DNA of 64,000 bases. It comes from a virus (taxonomy: Duplodnaviria > Caudoviricetes). The DNA lies in the IMG/VR virus record IMGVR_UViG_2687453341_000003, positions 32,001 through 96,000 of that record. One strand, 5' to 3'. Both the position numbers and the translations under genes were made by a program. Below the pieces are notes generated by a model. That model saw only the letters and a list, made by a program, of their open reading frames with translations, had not been told where the DNA came from and did not search any database. Every line of letters begins with the position of its first letter. Position 1 is the stretch's first letter. Below are positions 27,239 through 37,826 of this stretch, piece after piece.

Positions 27239-27633
27239 CCGCCACGCACAAATTGGAGTTCAAGTCCGGCAAGCGAACCGCCAAGACGATTGCGGAAGCC
27301 GGAACGCAGCCAGAGCAACCCACGCCAGGCCGATTGCCTCGCATCACCAAAATGATGGCCCTCGCCGTCCGCCTCGATCACTTGATCAAGAGCGGGCAAG
27401 TTACCGACCAAGCCGAGCTCGCACGAGTTGGCCATGTCAGTCGTGCTCGGCTTACCCAGATCATGGATTTGAACTTGCTTGCACCAGACATTCAGGAAGA
27501 GATCTTGTTTTTTGGAGGTTCTGTGACCACTTTTGCGGTTCCAATTGAACGCTCAGCGAGAAACATCGCCAAAATGACTGATTGGAGCTTACAACGGCGA
27601 TCCTGGAGAAAAAGCAGGGCTACCAAGTACTGA
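27232..27633 (+). CDS. Recombinase-associated small HTH protein
   Basis: AELARVGHVSRARLTQIMDLNLLAPDIQEEIL. Confidence 0.85.
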   Translation: MLTATHKLEFKSGKRTAKTIAEAGTQPEQPTPGRLPRITKMMALAVRLDHLIKSGQVTDQAELARVGHVSRARLTQIMDLNLLAPDIQEEILFFGGSVTTFAVPIERSARNIAKMTDWSLQRRSWRKSRATKY

Positions 27634-27772
27634 TGACCAGCTCGGTGGATTTACAAGCTTCGCTTTGCTAGCTTTGACTTGGTGGTCGGCCGAAGGACCA
27701 AACTTGTCACCGCATTGAAAAAAATGTATTCCCTGAAGTGCGATTCCCCGTAGCTATGTTGCAAGGAGATAA

Positions 27773-28597
27773 ATGATGAGCGTGAACTCCAAAATCGAGT
27801 GGACAGACACTACGTGGAATCCAGTGCGCGGTTGCACGAAGATAAGCGCTGGCTGCAAGCACTGTTATGCGGAAACTTTTGCAGAACGCTTTCGCGGAGT
27901 CCCCGGCAATCCGTTTGAGTTCGGGTTCGACCTTCGCCTCGTACCACACAAATTGCCAGAGCCTTTTCATTGGACGAAGCCACAGATGGTCTTCGTGAAT
28001 TCGATGAGCGATCTGTTTCATGAAGATGTCCCAGACGACTATATAGTCCAAGTTGCTCAAGTGATGGCAACGGCCAACTGGCATATCTACCAAGTGTTGA
28101 CCAAACGAGCTGAACGCTTGCGAGATTTGTTGAAAACCAAGCTGAGCTTCGCAGCCAAACTGGAACACATTTGGTGGGGCACAAGCGTCGAAAACAAGAA
28201 GTCGGGCGTACCAAGAATTCAGCAATTGCGTGATGCAAAAGCAGAGATGAATTTCCTTTCCATTGAGCCGCTACTTGAAGACTTGGGCCCGCTCAATCTC
28301 AAAGGCATGCAGTGGGTAATTGTGGGTGGCGAGAGCGGGAACGGAGCTAGGCCAATGCGAGTCGAGTGGGTCACTTCGATCCGAGCGCAATGCGAGAAAC
28401 AGAACATTCCGTTCTTTTTCAAGCAGTGGGGAGGCGTAAGAAAGTCTCGACATGGGCGTGAGCTGGATGGCAGAACCTATGATGAATACCCGACAGTGAT
28501 ACGTCAGCCATTCCCACAGCTAGCAGTTCGTCGTGAATTAGAGGCAAGCTTAAACTTGCCACGAGACACTCGCTTGACGGTCGCAGCAATCGCCTAA
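27773..28597 (+). CDS. DUF5131 (phage Gp37/Gp68) three-Cys protein
   Basis: SKIEWTDTTWNPVRGCTKISAGCKHCYAE, FVNSMSDLFHE, WVIVGGESG, FFFKQWGG. Confidence 0.93.
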   Translation: MMSVNSKIEWTDTTWNPVRGCTKISAGCKHCYAETFAERFRGVPGNPFEFGFDLRLVPHKLPEPFHWTKPQMVFVNSMSDLFHEDVPDDYIVQVAQVMATANWHIYQVLTKRAERLRDLLKTKLSFAAKLEHIWWGTSVENKKSGVPRIQQLRDAKAEMNFLSIEPLLEDLGPLNLKGMQWVIVGGESGNGARPMRVEWVTSIRAQCEKQNIPFFFKQWGGVRKSRHGRELDGRTYDEYPTVIRQPFPQLAVRRELEASLNLPRDTRLTVAAIA

Positions 28598-29484
28598 GGG
28601 CGAAGAATGTCTTGTGCCATCCGAACGGCAGTCGGTGCGCCTTTTTCATTGCCCACGGCAAAACAAAGCAGGTAGATGGGTGTGCCACGAGAATTGAACA
28701 GCAACAAGGGGTTCTTGGCTACGCTCTCAAAAACCGAGCTCAGTCGCTCTAGAAAGTAGGCTTCAATATCCGCAAAGTCAGCGGTCTTTGTTTCGAGTTC
28801 CTCATCTCCGAATAGAGATGGCTGAACGGACTTCTTGTAGAACCTGTGTCGCCACGCATCTTCACCGAAAGTTCTCGTAAGGGCATTGGCCCAGTTTTCT
28901 GGTGGTGGCTTTCGGTTGACAAGTAAACGGTTTACTGCCTGGCCGATTGGAAAAAGAATCCACAGGTCGATTGCCTTGGTTGCCGCAATCGCCTCGATCG
29001 TTGACCAATTGACCTGCATACCGTATGGATCCAGGAACACAACCGCGCGATGACTCTGCCAGTTTGTTTGTCGGCACCAGTTCGTTAGAACCGTGTTGGC
29101 GTCCCCGTGTTCGATGAGTACGTTGCTCGCACGGCCGGGATAAAGAGCCTTTAACTTTTCCAGCTCAGCGATGCGTTTCTTGCTATGCTCGATGAACAGA
29201 TAACGATCGAATCCCGGCTCGACTTCCAGAGCAATTCGCGAACTTCCCTTTTGTAGTTCTACGAAATCAGGATCGGATTCGACATCAAGCAAAGGAGTTT
29301 CGCTGATGCCCGCGATGTTTGAGTCCAGTCGATCGCCGGTTCCAGCAAAAGCGTCGACGAAGTAGGTGGTGAAGTATCTGGCTCGCACGTTGGTACGCAT
29401 AATCGTCGTGTACGCGGTGAGATACTTGCGGACACGCTCAAGCTTTTCAACAGTCCATTCTCCACCAAATATATGCTCACTCAT
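28594..29484 (-). CDS. tcmP: Three-Cys-motif partner protein (methyltransferase-like)
   Basis: FGGEWTVEKL, FVDAFAGTG, GDAN, VFLDPYGMQV; convergent with DUF5131. Confidence 0.88.
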   Translation of the reverse strand: MSEHIFGGEWTVEKLERVRKYLTAYTTIMRTNVRARYFTTYFVDAFAGTGDRLDSNIAGISETPLLDVESDPDFVELQKGSSRIALEVEPGFDRYLFIEHSKKRIAELEKLKALYPGRASNVLIEHGDANTVLTNWCRQTNWQSHRAVVFLDPYGMQVNWSTIEAIAATKAIDLWILFPIGQAVNRLLVNRKPPPENWANALTRTFGEDAWRHRFYKKSVQPSLFGDEELETKTADFADIEAYFLERLSSVFESVAKNPLLLFNSRGTPIYLLCFAVGNEKGAPTAVRMAQDILRP

Positions 29485-29499
29485 AAATCTTCCTCCTTG

Positions 29500-29598
29500 G
29501 TAAAGCGTCGTAATCCAGCTCTTTATTCGCTACGCGATCAGCTTCCTCCGCTGTTCAAGAAATTCGTCGTAGTTCAGCTCTTGGCCAGCGAGGAAACT
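29500..29598 (-). pseudogene. Possible C-terminal remnant of a DUF262/GmrSD-like gene
   Basis: Translates SFLAGQELNYDEFLEQRRKLIA*RIKSWITTL with an internal TAG; family assignment from recalled resemblance only. Confidence 0.45.
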
Positions 29599-29757
29599 GA
29601 ATGTTCCGAATTTCGATTGTGGTTGCGTTTAGCATCGTAACTACTTACGGAGATTCGGGCGATTACAATATCCATAATAGGTGCAAGCATCGTATTGCCA
29701 AGTTGAAGACTTTGCTAGACTATGAAGACTAGCCCGATGGCTCTTGGACCCAATCGC

Positions 29758-29958
29758 ATGAAAAATCTGAGCGAATACGTGAAAACTGCAGAGGCGGCCC
29801 AGATACTTGGTGTCGCACAAAACACGCTCCGAAAATGGGCTGAGCAGGGAGATATCCCTGTGCACCGGAATCCAGCAAACGGATACAGGCTCTTCAAACG
29901 CGAGGACTTGATGCGATTCTTGAAGAAGATCGACCAGTCATCGAAGTCCGGGAGCTGA
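29758..29958 (+). CDS. MerR/excisionase-type HTH protein
   Basis: KTAEAAQILGVAQNTLRKW, NPANGYRLF. Confidence 0.85.
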   Translation: MKNLSEYVKTAEAAQILGVAQNTLRKWAEQGDIPVHRNPANGYRLFKREDLMRFLKKIDQSSKSGS

Positions 29959-29964
29959 AGCAGC

Positions 29965-32763
29965 ATGTCAAACGAATCCGCAACGCGACAACAGATCATC
30001 GACCACCGGCTAAAGGAAGCCGGTTGGGACGTTCTTGATCGCACGCAGGTTGTGGAAGAATTCACCATCGAAAAAGCCTCAGAGATGCAAGTGAAGGAGG
30101 AAGCTGCTTCCTTTGGCAATCGAGAGTTCAGCGACTACGTCCTTCTCGGAAAAAACGGCAAACCTTTGGCGGTAGTCGAAGCGAAGCGAACATCGAAGGA
30201 TGCTGAACTCGGGCGTGAACAGGCAAAACAGTATTGCATTAATATTCAGGCGCGTATTGGCGGAGAACTACCCTTCTGCTTCTACACCAATGGTCACGAG
30301 ATCTACTTTTGGAATATCGGAGAAGGGCCACCACAGCGGGTCCATGGATTTCCAACGCGGCAGGATCTGGAGAGACTTTTATATATTCGGAAGAACAAAA
30401 AGCCACTCGTTGATGAGCTGATAAACACGGACATTGCTGGACGCGACTACCAGATCCAAGCCATCCGAACAGTGATGGAAGGCATTGCTAAGAGCCGCCG
30501 TCAATTCCTGCTGGTAATGGCAACGGGAACAGGAAAAACCCGTACCTGTATTGCTCTGGTCGATGCTCTGATGCGTGCGGGGTACGTTCAGCGAGTTCTC
30601 TTTTTGGTGGACCGCATTGCCCTTCGCGGTCAGGCCCTCGATGCGTTCAAGGAACATATACCTGACGAACCCCGCTGGCCGGAGCCCGGTGAAAAGTCAA
30701 TCACCACGGATCGCCGAATCTATGTTGCCACTTACCCAACGATGCTTAACATTGTGCGGGATGAAGAGAACTCTCTGTCGCCGCATTTCTTCGATCTTGT
30801 GATCGTCGATGAAAGCCATCGGTCTATTTACAACACCTACGGTGAAGTCCTCGATTATTTTCATTCAATCACGCTGGGGCTGACTGCCACGCCACGCGAC
30901 GTCATAGATCACAACACCTTTGCCGTATTCCACTGCGAGGACGGACTTCCCAGCTTCGCCTTCTCCTACGATGAAGCCATCAATCACGTCCCCCCATACC
31001 TATGCGACTTCCGAGTCCTGAAGATCAAAACCAAATTCCAGGACGAGGGCATCAGCAAACGCACAATCAGCCTCGAGGACCAAAAGCGTCTCATCCTCGA
31101 GGGTAAGGACATCGAGGAAATCGTTTACGAAGGCACCGACCTCGAAAAGAAGGTCACGAACCACGCTACTAACGCCCTCATCGTAAAGGAGTTCATGGAG
31201 GAATCCATCAAGGACACCAACGGAGTTCTTCCTGGAAAGACGATTTTCTTTTGTATGTCGGTCGCCCACGCGCGACGCATCGAGCGCATCTTCGATTCAC
31301 TCTATCCGGAATACAAAGGCGAACTCGCCAAGGTCTTGGTTTCCGACGATCCTCGCGTCTACGGCAAGGGCGGATTGCTGGACCAGTTCACTCGGAGCGA
31401 TATGCCCCGTGTGGCGATCAGCGTCGACATGCTCGATACCGGCATCGACGTTCGTGAAATCGTCAACCTCGTCTTCGCGAAGCCGGTGTTCTCGTACACA
31501 AAGTTCTGGCAGATGATTGGTCGTGGTACGAGACTTCTGGAGTCCAATAAGATCAAGGCTTGGTGTCCTGAGAAGGATGTCTTCCAGATTATTGATTGCT
31601 GGGACAATTTTGATTACTTCCAACTCTCTCCGAAGGGTAAAGAACCCAAGCCGCAGGTTCCGCTACCGGTTCGACTGGTTGGCGCTCGCATCGACAAGAT
31701 TGAAGCCGCTCAGGCTCTTGGCAATTCGTCCGTAGCGGACAAAGAGATCGCTGCCCTTCGCGGCCAAATTGCAGTTCTCCCCGGCAATTCGGTCGCCATC
31801 ATGGAATCGAAGGCCAATCTCGCGAAATGCGGCGCTGATGCTTTCTGGCAGCCATTGACGGCGGATGGCATCGCGTTCCTTCGCCATGTGATTCAGCCGC
31901 TATTCCGCGCTTTGTCGCAGGTCGATTTCAAAGCGATGCGATTCGAGAAAGACGTGCTCGAAGCATCTCTCGCGCATCTCAAGGGCGAAAAGGAGAAATA
32001 CGCCTCCCTGACCGAGAGTCTTACCACTCAGATCAGTGAATTGCCGCTTTCCGTCAATGTTGTTGCGCAGGAAGCAGGGCTAATTCAAAAGGCTCAAACA
32101 AATCACTACTGGGCCACAATCACCGATCAAGGATTTGATGATCTTGTAAAGCGGCTAGGTCCACTGATGCACTATCGCGATGGACGCGGCCCAAGCGACG
32201 GCCCCGCAAACTTCAACTTTGCCGATGTGTTAACAGCCAAGGAATACATCGAATTCGGTCCGGAACACGAGTCGCTTAGCATTGCCCAATATCGCAAGCT
32301 AGTCGAAGAAAAGGTCAACGAACTGACCGCTAGTAATAGCATTCTGCAAAAGATTCGGGATGGACTGACTGTCACCGAAGAAGAGGCCGAAGAGTTGGCG
32401 ACACAGCTTCACGACGAACACCCGCACATCACGCTTCAACTGCTCCGAAGAGTCTACCAACATCAGCGAGCTTCATTCATTCGCTTCATCCGTCACATCC
32501 TCGGAATCGAAATCCTCGAGAGTTTCCCAGATACTGTTTCCAAGTCGATCGATCAGTTCATCACCCAACATCCCGCACTCAATAGCCATCAGCTTCAGTT
32601 CTTGAGGCTGCTGCGTGATTTCCTGATTGAACGCGGTGGCATCGAGAAGCGAGACCTGATCCAAGCCCCGTTTACCGTCATTCATCCCAGCGGAATCCGC
32701 GGCATCTTCCCCCCAAATGAAATCAACGAAATTCTGGCCCTTACCGAAAGTCTGGTCGCCTAA
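29965..32763 (+). CDS. hsdR: Type I restriction subunit R (EcoAI/EcoEI-like)
   Basis: SDYVL..VVEAKR, RDYQ, MATGTGKT, DESH, GLTATP, QMIGRGTR. Confidence 0.95.
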   Translation: MSNESATRQQIIDHRLKEAGWDVLDRTQVVEEFTIEKASEMQVKEEAASFGNREFSDYVLLGKNGKPLAVVEAKRTSKDAELGREQAKQYCINIQARIGGELPFCFYTNGHEIYFWNIGEGPPQRVHGFPTRQDLERLLYIRKNKKPLVDELINTDIAGRDYQIQAIRTVMEGIAKSRRQFLLVMATGTGKTRTCIALVDALMRAGYVQRVLFLVDRIALRGQALDAFKEHIPDEPRWPEPGEKSITTDRRIYVATYPTMLNIVRDEENSLSPHFFDLVIVDESHRSIYNTYGEVLDYFHSITLGLTATPRDVIDHNTFAVFHCEDGLPSFAFSYDEAINHVPPYLCDFRVLKIKTKFQDEGISKRTISLEDQKRLILEGKDIEEIVYEGTDLEKKVTNHATNALIVKEFMEESIKDTNGVLPGKTIFFCMSVAHARRIERIFDSLYPEYKGELAKVLVSDDPRVYGKGGLLDQFTRSDMPRVAISVDMLDTGIDVREIVNLVFAKPVFSYTKFWQMIGRGTRLLESNKIKAWCPEKDVFQIIDCWDNFDYFQLSPKGKEPKPQVPLPVRLVGARIDKIEAAQALGNSSVADKEIAALRGQIAVLPGNSVAIMESKANLAKCGADAFWQPLTADGIAFLRHVIQPLFRALSQVDFKAMRFEKDVLEASLAHLKGEKEKYASLTESLTTQISELPLSVNVVAQEAGLIQKAQTNHYWATITDQGFDDLVKRLGPLMHYRDGRGPSDGPANFNFADVLTAKEYIEFGPEHESLSIAQYRKLVEEKVNELTASNSILQKIRDGLTVTEEEAEELATQLHDEHPHITLQLLRRVYQHQRASFIRFIRHILGIEILESFPDTVSKSIDQFITQHPALNSHQLQFLRLLRDFLIERGGIEKRDLIQAPFTVIHPSGIRGIFPPNEINEILALTESLVA

Positions 32764-32766
32764 CTT

Positions 32767-34431
32767 ATGCTCCAACTAAACGCTAAACTCCGTGCACTGA
32801 TCGCCAAGTTGTGGGACCGCTTCTGGTCCGGAGGCATTTCAAATCCGCTCTCTGCGATTGAACAGATCACCTATCTGCTTTTCATGAGGCAGATCGATGA
32901 CCTCGATCTTAAGCGCGAGCAAGATGCAGAGTTCACCGGAGACAGCTACACCTCGCGATTCTCAGGGGAGTACTTCCTGCCGAATGATCGTTCCCGCATT
33001 GAGGAGATGGAAAAGCCCAGAGTAGGAGAAACTGCTTCCCAGAAGAAAACTCGAGAAGCCGAAGCAAAAAGCGAACGTAAGCGACTTGCCATCGATAAGG
33101 GCACTCTCCGTTGGAGCCACTTCCGGCAAATGAAAGCCGACGAGATGTTGCCGCACGTGCAGCAAAAGGTCTTCCCGTTCATTAAAGAGCTGAACGGCGA
33201 CGGAAGTAATTTCGCGAAGCACATGGCAAACGCGGTATTCATCATTCCCAGTGCCAACCTATTGCAAGGGGCGGTGCAGATCATCGAAGAGATCTTCGTT
33301 GAAATCGAACGCGATGCGAAGGAAGAAGGGCATCTTTTTCAGGACATTCAGGGTGATGTCTATGAGATGCTGCTAAACGAGATCAGTAGCGCTGGTAAGA
33401 ACGGCCAGTTTCGCACGCCTCGGCACATCATCAAACTAATTAGCGAGTTGGCGAATCCCCAGCTCGGTCACCGCATCTGCGATCCCGCCTGCGGCACAGC
33501 GGGCTTTTTGCTGGATGCCTATCAATACATTGTTACCCAACTCGCGCAGAAGAAGTCCAAGAAGCAGCAGTTCCAACCCGACGAAGATGGCTTCATTCGT
33601 ACGAGTGTCAGCGGCCAGCTTGACCAGAACAATAAGGACATCCTGGAACAAGGTCTCTTTGGCTTCGATTTCGACAGCACTATGGTTCGACTGGCCCTGA
33701 TGAATCTAATGATGCATGGCATCGACAATCCGCATGTCGACTACCAGGACACGCTCAGCAAGAGCTTTACGGAAGAAGCTAAGTACGACATCGTGATGGC
33801 CAATCCGCCATTCACTGGCAGCATCGACAAAGGTGACATCAATGAGAGTCTAACGCTCAAGACCACCAAAACAGAGTTGCTTTTTACCGAACGTATCTTC
33901 ACATTGCTTAGAACAGGAGGTACAGCAGGCATTATCGTGCCGCAAGGCGTACTATTTGGCGCAGCCAACGCGTTCGTCGAGGCGAGAAAAAAGCTTGTAG
34001 AGGAGGCGGAACTTAAGGCGGTCATTTCGCTTCCCAGTGGCGTCTTCAAGCCCTATGCCGGTGTTGCCACAGCGATTCTGGTGTTCACTCGCGGCGGCAA
34101 GACGCAAAATACTTGGTTCTACAACCTAACGAACGACGGGATGACGCTCGATGATCGTCGCCAACGCGTTGTTGGGAGTGAACTTCCTGATGTTGTCGCC
34201 CAGTGGAATGCTCGCAACCCGAATGAACCGGGAGATCGGAAGTCGAATTGCTTCTTTGTTCCGGTGGAGGAGATTCGCGAAAAGTTGTATGACCTGTCGT
34301 TCAATCGCTACGGCAAGGTTGAGCACGACGAGACAGAACACGAGGATCCCAAATCCATCCTCCAGACGCTGGCGACCCTAGAAGACAAGATTCGGGCGGG
34401 AATCGTGGAATTGCAGGAGATTCTCGGATGA
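32767..34431 (+). CDS. hsdM: Type I methyltransferase subunit M
   Basis: GQFRTPRHII, DPACGTAGFL, NPPF. Confidence 0.95.
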   Translation: MLQLNAKLRALIAKLWDRFWSGGISNPLSAIEQITYLLFMRQIDDLDLKREQDAEFTGDSYTSRFSGEYFLPNDRSRIEEMEKPRVGETASQKKTREAEAKSERKRLAIDKGTLRWSHFRQMKADEMLPHVQQKVFPFIKELNGDGSNFAKHMANAVFIIPSANLLQGAVQIIEEIFVEIERDAKEEGHLFQDIQGDVYEMLLNEISSAGKNGQFRTPRHIIKLISELANPQLGHRICDPACGTAGFLLDAYQYIVTQLAQKKSKKQQFQPDEDGFIRTSVSGQLDQNNKDILEQGLFGFDFDSTMVRLALMNLMMHGIDNPHVDYQDTLSKSFTEEAKYDIVMANPPFTGSIDKGDINESLTLKTTKTELLFTERIFTLLRTGGTAGIIVPQGVLFGAANAFVEARKKLVEEAELKAVISLPSGVFKPYAGVATAILVFTRGGKTQNTWFYNLTNDGMTLDDRRQRVVGSELPDVVAQWNARNPNEPGDRKSNCFFVPVEEIREKLYDLSFNRYGKVEHDETEHEDPKSILQTLATLEDKIRAGIVELQEILG

Positions 34432-36008
34432 GCAACCTTGTCCCTCCTTCCCGAGACAATTGGTCTGAAGAACCGCTTGGCGATCTATGTGAGATTGTCA
34501 TAGGTCGAACCCCGCGTCGGAACAACGCAGCATACTGGAACGGCTCGCTTCCATGGGTTTCAATTGCCGATTTGAACCAGGGCCGACTTCTTCGCAAGAC
34601 GAAGGAATCGATTACGCCTCTCGGGGCCACAGAGTCACGAAGTCGCTTGATTCCCACAGGCACCGTGCTACTGAGCTTCAAGCTCTCCATCGGCAAAGTG
34701 TCGATCACTGACATTGACGTATTTACCAATGAAGCAATTGCCGCGCTACCGATTCGTGATTCCAGTAGGCTCAATCGAGACTATCTGTTTTGGTGCTTGA
34801 AGAGCATACGCCTTGATGAGGAAGTAGACGCTGCGGCAAAAGGGAAAACACTCAATTCAAAGAAACTGGAACGTATAGCCATTCCCATTCCGCCGTTGGA
34901 CGAGCAACGGCGGATTGCGGCGGTGTTGGACAAGGCCGATGCCCTCCGCCGCCAGCGCCAGGAATCACTGCAACTCACCGAGAAGCTCCTGCAATCCGTC
35001 TTCGTGGAGATGTTCGGAACCGAGAATTCCCCGCAATGCCCACGAGTGAAGCTTGCGGACCACCTCGAGTTCATTACGACTGGTGGCCGTGGCTGGGCCA
35101 AGTATTATTCCAATGAGGGTGCCCGATTCATTCGTTCCTTGGATGTGCGGATGAATGAGATCGATAGCTCGCAGATGGTTTGCGTAAACGCACCCAAAAA
35201 TGCGGAAGCGGAACGCACTCGTACACGCGATGGCGACGTACTGTTGACGATGACTGGTTCACTCATCGGTCGAGTGGCTCCGGTTACTGCCCAACATTCG
35301 GGCGGATACATCAGCCAACACGTGGCGATCTTGCGAGCAAAGGGCTTTCAGCCGGAGTTTCTCTCATGGGCGATTTCCACAGAAGAAGGTCAACGCCAAA
35401 TCCAGAAGCATCAGACTGGACAAACGAAGCCGGGATTAAATTTCGAGCAAGTTAGACGGCTACTCGTTCCTCGCCCGCCAATCGAGGATGAGAAGAAGTT
35501 CTGCGATTTGATCCGTCGTCGGCGCATTATTCTCGCTGATCAACGCGCATCATTGGCTCAATGCGAAAGCTTATTCGCCGCAACTCAACAGCGCGCCTTT
35601 CGTGGCGAACTGGATCTGAGTCGACTCACACTCGAGGCATTGCCAGCGACTGAAATTGCCCCTGAATTGCCGGGGCATCACCATAACGATGGAGTTTACA
35701 ATCGACCCGGTTTTTTTATCGCACCACCTGAAATAGAAGCAAAGCTTAAAACGATGGAGGAGCAACTTTCATGGGGGCCGGGAGATTCGATCCCATGGAG
35801 TGAAGACTATTTCAAGTATCGAACGCTAAGCCAACTTCTTGTCCCTCCATTCTCATTCGACGACGTTTGGCAGAAAACGATCTACGACATGGAAGAGGCT
35901 GATTACGAAACGGTCAAAGATAGAATTTTCAAGTATCTTGCGTCAGGACTCCTGGTGCAGGAGTTCGACGAGGAGCGGCGAGAGATTGTATTCAGGCCCC
36001 GGACATGA
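34428..36008 (+). CDS. hsdS: Type I specificity subunit S with about 125-aa C-terminal extension
   Basis: Two TRDs, IPIPPLDEQRRIA, VPRPPIEDE, AFRGEL, then an extra domain. Confidence 0.92.
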   Translation: MSNLVPPSRDNWSEEPLGDLCEIVIGRTPRRNNAAYWNGSLPWVSIADLNQGRLLRKTKESITPLGATESRSRLIPTGTVLLSFKLSIGKVSITDIDVFTNEAIAALPIRDSSRLNRDYLFWCLKSIRLDEEVDAAAKGKTLNSKKLERIAIPIPPLDEQRRIAAVLDKADALRRQRQESLQLTEKLLQSVFVEMFGTENSPQCPRVKLADHLEFITTGGRGWAKYYSNEGARFIRSLDVRMNEIDSSQMVCVNAPKNAEAERTRTRDGDVLLTMTGSLIGRVAPVTAQHSGGYISQHVAILRAKGFQPEFLSWAISTEEGQRQIQKHQTGQTKPGLNFEQVRRLLVPRPPIEDEKKFCDLIRRRRIILADQRASLAQCESLFAATQQRAFRGELDLSRLTLEALPATEIAPELPGHHHNDGVYNRPGFFIAPPEIEAKLKTMEEQLSWGPGDSIPWSEDYFKYRTLSQLLVPPFSFDDVWQKTIYDMEEADYETVKDRIFKYLASGLLVQEFDEERREIVFRPRT

Positions 36009-37822
36009 AACTCATTCGCCTCAAACTCGATGTCCCCTTCCGCAGCCTTCCTCCAGGTTTCGAGATTAACTTCCTGCGCGAATGGGACTTCGACCGCAGC
36101 TTCGAATTCCATCCCTACTGCTTCGCCGGTCGCAATGGCAGCGGCAAGTCGAATGTCCTCGAAGCACTAGCTTCCATTTTTTACCACATTGAGTGCATTC
36201 ATCTCGAAAATCGCCCAGTGGGATTTGAATACGACGAGGAATCGAATCCGAAAGGCTTCACCGCCAAAGTCAGTACACCGGATGCGTTTGAACTGGAATA
36301 CTTCATCGGGATAAGGCTTGGATCGCTCGATGGTCTCTCATCGGAGCAGGCGAGACAATTCGATTTGTCGGGAAAGCAAAAATTTCACGTTCTTATGACG
36401 AAACGGGTTGGTCAACCGCCCATCATGCGTTGCGTGAACTTTGGCTTCCTTAATGACAAGAACGGGGAGGTACCTCGAAAAAGAGTGAAGTGGCTACTAC
36501 CATCGCATGTGGTAGGGTTCTCGTCGGGAAGGAACGAGGTTTTGAGCCTTCCATTCCTAAAGATGCGGTTTATTCACTTTGACGAATATCGCTCCAAACT
36601 ATTACAAGGTTCTGACTACTCTACTCCTGAGGGACGATTAGTTTTCCTTGACGAACAGTTCAGCCAAGCGATTCTGATCTGCCACTTTCTGTTTCCCAGC
36701 GATCCCGTAATTCGCGTATTTGAAGAGAAGATTGGACTCAAGGGAATTCAGCGGTTCCGACTCATCATCCGTCGACATCACCGTCTTCAACGAGCGGAAG
36801 AACATCTCAAGACGCTGACGAAAGATGATCTGAAGGACTCCTCGAAGACCACAATCGAATTAACCTCGAAACTTTCTGGCTATTACGACGAGAACAACGC
36901 CCTGCAGCCAGGTCTCATCGACAAGCTCATCAAATGCTCGACCGCCCATTACGAGGACTACTCTGCGTATTCGGACGATGAAAGCTACGACCTATATCTG
37001 GATTACTGGATCGACGATGAGACCAAGAAGGCATTTCGGTACTACTTTGGGGAAGCGTCCGGTGAATCACGCGAAGTTGACACAGCCAAGTCTGCTCTGA
37101 ACTTGTTCCAGGCTTTTCAGACCCTGCTAACGCTCAATCACTATTCGGTTGACGAAAAGACGAAGCTTGAGTTGTACCAATCTCGCAGTCTTTATGTGAA
37201 CGAGACGATCTCGACGCCGGCGTCTCATGACCGAATCACTCGCTTTAAAGAAGGTGAGCTGATCAAAGACGGCGTTCGTGAGCCTCTCTATGTCAAAGCC
37301 CTTTCCGACGGCGAACACCAGTTCCTGCACACGATTGGCCTATGTCTGCTCTACCGCCACGAGTCTGCACTCTTTCTGCTCGACGAGCCAGAAACCCACC
37401 TCAATCCCGACTGGCGAGCGTCGTATGTCTCTACTCTGCGAGCCGCCCTCGAAGCCGACGCAGCCACGAAGAACGTGATGCGGGAAGTTCTGCTGACATC
37501 GCACTCACCGTTTATTGTCTCAGACTGCCGAAAAGAAAACGTGCGTGTTTTCACCAAAGATCCGAAGACCCAAAAGGTGAGCTGGCAACCGCCTGACTTT
37601 GAAACGTTCGGTGCATCTGCGAATGCAATCACGATTAAGGTGTTCGGCCAAATCGAAACGATCGGTGATTATGCAATGTCGATCCTGAATGCCTTACGGC
37701 ACCGGCTAGACGCTGGGGAAGATCCCGAATTACTCATCAAAGAGGCAGATAGAGCACTCGGTGACTCGGTAGAGAAAGTCCTCTTCGTGAACCAAGCCTT
37801 AAAGAAGAAAGAGGGCAAATAG
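36005..37822 (+). CDS. Restriction-system-associated ABC/AAA ATPase
   Basis: GRNGSGKSN, LSDGEHQ, LLDEPETHLNP, TSHSP. Confidence 0.9.
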   Translation: MKLIRLKLDVPFRSLPPGFEINFLREWDFDRSFEFHPYCFAGRNGSGKSNVLEALASIFYHIECIHLENRPVGFEYDEESNPKGFTAKVSTPDAFELEYFIGIRLGSLDGLSSEQARQFDLSGKQKFHVLMTKRVGQPPIMRCVNFGFLNDKNGEVPRKRVKWLLPSHVVGFSSGRNEVLSLPFLKMRFIHFDEYRSKLLQGSDYSTPEGRLVFLDEQFSQAILICHFLFPSDPVIRVFEEKIGLKGIQRFRLIIRRHHRLQRAEEHLKTLTKDDLKDSSKTTIELTSKLSGYYDENNALQPGLIDKLIKCSTAHYEDYSAYSDDESYDLYLDYWIDDETKKAFRYYFGEASGESREVDTAKSALNLFQAFQTLLTLNHYSVDEKTKLELYQSRSLYVNETISTPASHDRITRFKEGELIKDGVREPLYVKALSDGEHQFLHTIGLCLLYRHESALFLLDEPETHLNPDWRASYVSTLRAALEADAATKNVMREVLLTSHSPFIVSDCRKENVRVFTKDPKTQKVSWQPPDFETFGASANAITIKVFGQIETIGDYAMSILNALRHRLDAGEDPELLIKEADRALGDSVEKVLFVNQALKKKEGK

Positions 37823-37826
37823 TCTT

